Assembly: GCA_050239825.1 (NCBI GenBank)
Contig: JBFXGO010000024.1
Coordinates: 2,783-35,532 of the forward strand
Source: a bacterium
GTDB taxonomy: Bacteria > Hydrothermota > 32-111
DNA: 32,750 bases
Reading direction: 5' to 3'
Shown in pieces: positions 27,512 to 32,750 of the stretch. The notes under the pieces are model-generated. The model did not search any database and was not told the origin of the DNA. It saw only the letters and a list, made by a program, of their open reading frames with translations. A program made the position numbers and the translations under genes. Within the stretch, counting starts at the first letter, position 1; every line of letters starts with the position of its first letter.

Positions 27512-28770
27512 TCTTCCGCTCTCCTTATCTGAGCTCCCAGCTTTCTCAGTTTCTTTTCAATCGATTCATACCCTCTGTCAATATGATAAATTCTTTTAAC
27601 CTCGCTCTCGCCCTTTGCCGAAAGGGCGGCAAGCACAAGTGCTGCAGATGCTCTGAGGTCTGAAGCCATTGTCGGAGCTCCCATAAGTTTTTTGACTCCT
27701 CTGATGATTGCTTTGTTTCCCTCCACGGATATGTCCGCTCCCATTCTTGACAATTCGGGAACATGCATGTATCTCTTTTCAAATATATTCTCCGTAATCA
27801 CAGAGATTCCTTCAACCAAAGAGAGAAGAGATGTAAACTGCGCCTGCATATCGGTCGGGAAGAAAGGGTATGGAAGAACATTTATTTCAACCGGTTTCAA
27901 CATTCTGCCTGCTTTTATATAAACATTTTTGTTTTCCGTCTTCACGGTGTGTCCTATCTCCCTGAATTTTTCAAGGACTGCCCCCATGTGGTTGGGATTG
28001 CAGTTTTTGAGATAGAGTTCGCCTCCGGTTATTGCGGCGGCTGTCAGAAGAGTTGCCCCCTCTATTCTATCGGGTATTACCGAAAATTCAACAGGAGAGA
28101 GACTCTCTACACCATCGATTACAAGCATCGATGTGTCTATTCCCGTTATTTTTGCGCCCATTGCATTCAGAAAGCGCGCAACATCGCCGACTTCAGGTTC
28201 TGTTGCCGCACCGCGGATTATTGTTCTGCCTTCTGCAAGAGAGGCGGCCATCATAACATTTATCGAAGCGCCCACGGAAGGGCCCCTGTTGCCCTCAAGG
28301 AACATATCCTTGCCCTTGAGTTTCTTAGTTCTTGCCTTTATGTATCCGTGTTCAAGAGAAATCCTGCATCCGAGATTTTCAAAGCCCTTTATATGAAGGT
28401 CAACCGGCCTCTCTCCGATTGCACAGCCTCCGGGAAGAGAGACATCCACCTTCCTGCACCTTCCGAGAAGAGGTCCCATTACATAGTATGAAGCGCGCAT
28501 CTTTCGCACAAGGTCGTATGGGGCTTTATAGCCGAGATTCTCTGGAACATCTACGGTCAGAGTGTGATTTTTAAACTCAACTTTCGCCTTGAGAAACTCA
28601 AGCACCTTGACCATGTATCTCACATCCTCAACATCGGGTACATTTTTTATAATGCTCTTTCCGCAGGCAAGCAGAGATGCGACCATGATTGGAAGTACGG
28701 CATTTTTGGAGCCTGATGCGGACAATTCTCCCCTAAGCCTGACTCCGCCCTTTATTATAAATTTATCCAT
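27508..28770 (-). CDS. murA: UDP-N-acetylglucosamine 1-carboxyvinyltransferase
   Basis: GSKNAVLP, MRAS, LPGGCAIGERP, PDRIE, FPTDMQ, DLRA, HIDRGY. Confidence 0.97.
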   Translation of the reverse strand: MDKFIIKGGVRLRGELSASGSKNAVLPIMVASLLACGKSIIKNVPDVEDVRYMVKVLEFLKAKVEFKNHTLTVDVPENLGYKAPYDLVRKMRASYYVMGPLLGRCRKVDVSLPGGCAIGERPVDLHIKGFENLGCRISLEHGYIKARTKKLKGKDMFLEGNRGPSVGASINVMMAASLAEGRTIIRGAATEPEVGDVARFLNAMGAKITGIDTSMLVIDGVESLSPVEFSVIPDRIEGATLLTAAAITGGELYLKNCNPNHMGAVLEKFREIGHTVKTENKNVYIKAGRMLKPVEINVLPYPFFPTDMQAQFTSLLSLVEGISVITENIFEKRYMHVPELSRMGADISVEGNKAIIRGVKKLMGAPTMASDLRASAALVLAALSAKGESEVKRIYHIDRGYESIEKKLRKLGAQIRRAEE

Positions 28771-29980
28771 GCCGCCCCCTTGTTAAGAAATTGTCGAAAT
28801 TCATATAGAATAATATGTATCCTTTGTCATAGAAAAAATATTTTCCTCCCGCTTCAATATCTCTCTTGTCTGTCTCAAAACCCTTGCGGGCAGTAAATCC
28901 GGTATTTTCATTAATCTTGTAAGTCACTGTCAGCACAAGACGGGATTGGGGGGAATCTTTTAGGAGAGAATCAGGGAGAATCAAAGAATTAAGATTGGAA
29001 AAGACCTGCTTGAAGGATATGTCAATAAAACGCCAGTTGAAGAGAATTCCGGCTCCTAAAAGCCAGTCTTTTTTCTCATACAAAGAATCAATCTCCCGCG
29101 AAGAAAATTCGCCGAAAACTTCTGCCGTTAATGGATTTTTCTTCGCAGTAAAATACCCTGACAACTTGAATCTTTTCTCATTTTCAAAGATACTGCTTAA
29201 TGAATCTGACATTGCATTTTCCATTATAAGAGATGTGAATGCAAACCCGCCTTCAAGATGAACTGATGGCATTTTTTTACCATACCTGTATCCGGTTGAA
29301 AGATACATGAGAGCAGAATCGGCGGTATAATCATAAATAAATGAATCGGTATTTTCAACAATTTGAAAATGATCCTCGGAAGAATCGAATCTTCTGACAA
29401 AAATTGTGTAAAAAGCAAGTTCTTTGAGATACCCCGAAGATTCGACTGTCAGAGTGTACGGCTGTTTTGTATAGATCCTCGGTTCCGGCAGATGCTCATT
29501 CCAGTCTTTATGAGAATAGTTATTGTCAAAATTATCAAATGTGAATATAACCTGATTCTTGGTGTTGAATCCTGAAATTCCCGCAAGAATGGATATGTCG
29601 GATTCTTTTTTATAAAAAGTCGGATTGGCCAAAAATCCAAGATGGGCAAAATCCGAGATGCGGAAAGAGAGTCCGAAATTAAACACCTTTTCATTGAACT
29701 CAAGGTCATCATAGTACAGATTGTTCAGTTTGAAATCCATCACTGAGTTAATCGGGACAGAGAGCTTCAGCATTGATTTCATAGACAATTGTTGCACATT
29801 GTAGCATCCGCCTGAAATTATCACTCTGTTATCTCCGGCAAGATAGTCGTGAAATTCATCTCTTATGTATGACGAACAGAACTCATCAAGAATATACTCT
29901 GAATCTATATATTCCTGTGCCACATACCCGTTTACAAACGATGGCAGAAACAGAAGCAGAAGAAGAATGCCTTTATTCAA
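28763..29980 (-). CDS. Hypothetical exported protein, probable outer-membrane beta-barrel
   Basis: Likely TTG start at 29980 (GGAG upstream, overlapping the previous stop) gives a clean signal peptide. Aromatic-rich alternating strands. Confidence 0.6.
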   Translation of the reverse strand: MNKGILLLLLFLPSFVNGYVAQEYIDSEYILDEFCSSYIRDEFHDYLAGDNRVIISGGCYNVQQLSMKSMLKLSVPINSVMDFKLNNLYYDDLEFNEKVFNFGLSFRISDFAHLGFLANPTFYKKESDISILAGISGFNTKNQVIFTFDNFDNNYSHKDWNEHLPEPRIYTKQPYTLTVESSGYLKELAFYTIFVRRFDSSEDHFQIVENTDSFIYDYTADSALMYLSTGYRYGKKMPSVHLEGGFAFTSLIMENAMSDSLSSIFENEKRFKLSGYFTAKKNPLTAEVFGEFSSREIDSLYEKKDWLLGAGILFNWRFIDISFKQVFSNLNSLILPDSLLKDSPQSRLVLTVTYKINENTGFTARKGFETDKRDIEAGGKYFFYDKGYILFYMNFDNFLTRGRHG

Positions 29981-30320
29981 GGTCAAACTCCTTCGATTTT
30001 CCATATACATCGTCAAGCTTTATCGTCATTATCTTGATCGTTCCGGGTTCATTGACGTCAATGCCTATGTCCTCAAGAATCTTCACAAAATATTCAACCT
30101 GCTGTTTGTCGCTTACGATTGAGAAGACCATTTTGGAATAAGGCTTTGAGTCGCCGAGAGAGTATTTCAGACCGGCGAAGATAGGAACCTGAGAGCCTAC
30201 CATGTTGTTTATGGATTGGGTTTCAAGCACCGTGGCATCGCTTATACCCACTTCAACATACGCCTGAAGAAGGTCCTCGAAATGCTTTTCATCATTTAAT
30301 ATCACTATCAGAAGATACAT
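29973..30320 (-). CDS. PII-like protein
   Basis: 115 aa with PII-like layout: LLIVILND...VGISDATVLETQ...PIFAGL...SKMVFSIV...PGTIKIMTIKLDDVYG. Confidence 0.7.
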   Translation of the reverse strand: MYLLIVILNDEKHFEDLLQAYVEVGISDATVLETQSINNMVGSQVPIFAGLKYSLGDSKPYSKMVFSIVSDKQQVEYFVKILEDIGIDVNEPGTIKIMTIKLDDVYGKSKEFDLE

Positions 30321-30328
30321 GTATCCTC

Positions 30329-31456
30329 CTATTTTTTCTTTTTATATAAAACATTAAGCCATACAGGCGTTATCAATGTGGTCAGAAGTATCATTATGAC
30401 AAAGGAGTTGTAGATTGACTGGTCGATGAAACTCTTGTTAAATGCCATCGACGCAATTACAAGACCCACCTCTCCTCTCGGTATCATACCGACTCCGACT
30501 TTGAAAGATTCCTCAAAAGTCATGCCTGAGAAAAAACAGGCGGCTCCGGAACCTAAGACTTTTCCTACAATTGATATGACTATCAAAACAACCGTAAACA
30601 GAATGTTCAGGTCGCCTAAATTTAGAGATGTCTTGAGGCCGACTACGAAGAAGAACATTGATATGAAAAGCGTGTTGACTATCGTGTTCACGCCTTCGGT
30701 TATCCTTCTGCTGAAATGTGTCTGGGTTATTGAGACTCCAGCCACATACGCTCCGGTTATTCCTGCCACTCCCATTGATTCGGAAAAGTATGAAAGAAAT
30801 AGCATGAAAATTACTGATATTCCGATTATAGTGTCCGGAGCTTTGAATTTGGATGATATTCTCAATGCTCTGTTTATTATGTATTTATATATTGCAATGA
30901 TTGCAACCGAAAGAAGCGCAAACTTGCCGATAACCATTAAAATATTTCCTGCATGGAAGAGAAAAACAAAGGATACAGAAAGAAGTATTATGGCAATCAC
31001 ATCATCTATCACCGCCGCTCCAAGAATGGTTGTTCCGCTTCTCGTATTGAGCTTTCCTATTTCAAGGAGAGTCATAACGGTTATTGAAACAGAAGTTGCG
31101 GTCAGCGTCAGCCCTATCACATAGGAAGCCTTGGCGCTCATACCCATCAGCATAAAAATGAATGACATGCCAAGCGGCACAAAAACACCCATCATGGCGG
31201 CTATGAAGGATGTCTTTCCCTGTTTTTTCATATTCGATAAATCTGTTTCAAGTCCCGCTACAAACATCAGAAAGAGTATCCCCAGTTCGGAGAGGAAGTT
31301 GATATTCTCATCAAGATGTATTATGTTTAGAAGGGGACCGCAGATTATTCCCGCAAGTATCACTCCGATTACCGTCGGAAGCTTCATCCTCAAAAACAGC
31401 TCGCTTACGAGCTTTGTCAAAAGAAGGATGAAGCCCAGAATCAAAATTTCATTCAT
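30329..31456 (-). CDS. Cation:proton antiporter, CPA2 family (NapA/GerN-like)
   Basis: LMFVAGLETD, ATSVSIT, AAVIDD (DD motif), GKVLG, GMIPRGEV. No C-terminal RCK domain. Confidence 0.92.
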   Translation of the reverse strand: MNEILILGFILLLTKLVSELFLRMKLPTVIGVILAGIICGPLLNIIHLDENINFLSELGILFLMFVAGLETDLSNMKKQGKTSFIAAMMGVFVPLGMSFIFMLMGMSAKASYVIGLTLTATSVSITVMTLLEIGKLNTRSGTTILGAAVIDDVIAIILLSVSFVFLFHAGNILMVIGKFALLSVAIIAIYKYIINRALRISSKFKAPDTIIGISVIFMLFLSYFSESMGVAGITGAYVAGVSITQTHFSRRITEGVNTIVNTLFISMFFFVVGLKTSLNLGDLNILFTVVLIVISIVGKVLGSGAACFFSGMTFEESFKVGVGMIPRGEVGLVIASMAFNKSFIDQSIYNSFVIMILLTTLITPVWLNVLYKKKK

Positions 31457-32378
31457 CGTTTTTCACGCTGTAGTAAAATTCTTCACCGAATTTTTCTACC
31501 CTTATGCTGTTGTTTATTTCAAGTTTTTCTATTATTGAATTAAGTTCATCGGACAAAATCCCGAGAGCTGAGGAAATCTGCTCATAAGTGCATGGCCTCC
31601 TCATTAAAAGTCTCTTCACATCATCTTCGTTTGCATTTGATTTTTTTACATTTCCGGGAGTAAAGGCAAGCTCCACTTCAACCTTGTCTCCGAGAAGATT
31701 TTTTATCCTCTCCCTGTCTGCCTCATCGATGGGTTTTGCCGAAGAGTATGCCGGAGGCCTTACTACAGTATTTATCTGTATTTTGTCAACATGAATCTTT
31801 TCGAGAATCCTTCTTAGAGCCATTATCTCTTTGTCCGAGTCATTCATACCTTTTACAAAGAGAATTTCAAGAAGTATCTTTCCCTTGTACTCCCCTGCAA
31901 ATTTCATCAAACCCTCAATGACCGATTCCAAGTTTATTGATCTGTGCGGTTTGTTCACAGCTTTAAAGGATTCTTCAGTCACAGAATCAAGAGATGGAAG
32001 TATAACATCAAATTCCATCGCATCCTTTCTCACTTCCTCTAAATTGAAGAGAGCAGTATTTGTAATTAAAGCCAATGGAATTTTAGTTGCCTTTCGTATC
32101 TCTCTTGCGATGTACCCGAGCTTGATATTGAGAGTCGGTTCTCCTGAGCCTGTAAAGGTTATAAAGTCAATTCTTCCCGTATAAGAGGAAATGAAATCCA
32201 CAGTCTCCTTGATTATCTCATCCGCATTATTAAAATCCTGCCTCTCTACTGTCAGGTTGGTCGTCTTTCCAACTTCGCAATAAATACAGTCAAAAGTGCA
32301 TGTTTTATGCGGCACAAGGTCTATACCTAACGAATAACCCAACCGTCTTGACGGTACGGGTCCAAATAAATATTTCAT
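31449..32378 (-). CDS. Radical SAM Fe-S protein (COG0731/Tyw1-related) with C-terminal HTH-like tail
   Basis: FGPVPSRRLGYSLGID, CTFDCIYC, GSGEPTL, PSLD, NTVVRPPA. Confidence 0.9.
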   Translation of the reverse strand: MKYLFGPVPSRRLGYSLGIDLVPHKTCTFDCIYCEVGKTTNLTVERQDFNNADEIIKETVDFISSYTGRIDFITFTGSGEPTLNIKLGYIAREIRKATKIPLALITNTALFNLEEVRKDAMEFDVILPSLDSVTEESFKAVNKPHRSINLESVIEGLMKFAGEYKGKILLEILFVKGMNDSDKEIMALRRILEKIHVDKIQINTVVRPPAYSSAKPIDEADRERIKNLLGDKVEVELAFTPGNVKKSNANEDDVKRLLMRRPCTYEQISSALGILSDELNSIIEKLEINNSIRVEKFGEEFYYSVKNDE

Positions 32379-32415
32379 AATTATTTATTTTATCATATAA
32401 ATAAATAAAAGACAA
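32379..32415 (-). promoter_or_regulatory. Putative sigma70 promoter for a (near-)leaderless radical SAM operon transcript
   Basis: Minus strand TTGTCT(32415-32410)-17 nt-TAAAAT(32392-32387) with extended -10 TGn, then 8 nt to ATG(32378). No SD. Confidence 0.55.
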
Positions 32416-32480
32416 GGGGAGGAAAGATGGTAAGCTGCAAGTCGGCGAGGACGCTCCGCGAAGACGCCCATCAAGTGGTT

Positions 32481-32507
32481 TGGGGACATTCCTACGGTGT
32501 GTCCCCA
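32481..32507. repeat. 27-nt palindromic (REP-like) repeat, copy 1
   Basis: TGGGGACATTCCTACGGTGTGTCCCCA; 8-bp perfect outer stem. Confidence 0.85.
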
Positions 32508-32583
32508 CAACATCCCATCTTGATTAAGCGGCGAAGCGGAGTGTGTGAGCCGACGCTACACCCGCCATCAGCCACCAAATCAG

Positions 32584-32611
32584 CCCTGAGCCTTGTGCCG
32601 TGTGCCATGAG
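32584..32611. repeat. Degenerate heptamer tandem repeat (CCnTGwG x4)
   Basis: CCCTGAG-CCTTGTG-CCGTGTG-CCATGAG; related CCATCAG at 32565. Confidence 0.6.
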
Positions 32612-32723
32612 CTTAATACGGGAAGATGAATAAGATTTTGTCTTTTCAGTAATCTTCACAAAGTTCTGGTGCAACCCGATACCTCTATCATGTGCGTTCG
32701 CGCACATTACACCCCAGCCAATG

Positions 32724-32750
32724 TGGGGACATTCCTTCGGTGTGTCCCCA
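32724..32750. repeat. 27-nt palindromic (REP-like) repeat, copy 2 (ends at the window edge)
   Basis: TGGGGACATTCCTTCGGTGTGTCCCCA; 26/27 identical to copy 1. Confidence 0.85.

Noticed and set aside
27508..28770. MurA as a fosfomycin-resistant variant
   Set aside because: The active-site Cys (LPGGCAIG) is retained; only a small insertion (EGNRGPSVGA) was noticed.
30426..31538. Long plus-strand ORFs opposite the antiporter (also 1733-2359, 19949-20593, 25451-26116, 27763-28491)
   Set aside because: Antisense shadows of well-supported minus-strand genes.
32342..32355. Inverted repeat ACCGTC-TT-GACGGT
   Set aside because: It lies within codons of the conserved PVPSRRLG motif of the radical SAM gene; likely coincidental.
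32305..32707. Short ORFs 32305-32508, 32427-32633 and 32492-32707
   Set aside because: They overlap palindromes and repeats, have atypical composition and show no family motifs; probably spurious.
32481..32750. Two 27-nt palindromic direct repeats as a CRISPR array
   Set aside because: The 216-nt gap is far longer than a CRISPR spacer, only two copies are visible, and no cas genes are in the window.

Overview
This is a gene-dense, AT-rich bacterial chromosomal region of mostly housekeeping genes. The organism is a diderm (LptD-like protein, lspA, putative beta-barrels). The ileS-dksA-like-lspA order suggests an FCB-type or candidate-phylum lineage (inference only). Almost all genes are on the minus strand in long, tightly coupled runs. 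Run 1: radical SAM, CPA2 antiporter, PII-like protein, outer-membrane protein, murA, ispG, degenerate M24 peptidase, TPR lipoprotein, rhomboid, HD protein, D-glycerate/glyoxylate reductase, two small proteins, aminotransferase, MscS, glyA, DUF1015. Run 2: TPR, upp, ileS, DksA-like, lspA, LptD-like, HU. Run 3: acetyltransferase, maf, outer-membrane protein, DUF4159, membrane hydrolase, two sugar ABC permeases, M23 peptidase, hypothetical protein, radC (partial, absent from the ORF track). Only the AlkD-like gene is on the plus strand. Less obvious signals: a 273-bp internally deleted IS3-family element with unusual GA ends; three genes that look leaderless; two probable pseudo-enzymes; a PII-like protein paired with an antiporter; a possible serine/glycine module around DUF1015; and a GC-rich, hairpin-dense non-coding region at the right edge with a repeated 27-nt palindrome and heptamer repeats. 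No rRNA, tRNA, CRISPR array, phage or defence system was recognised.
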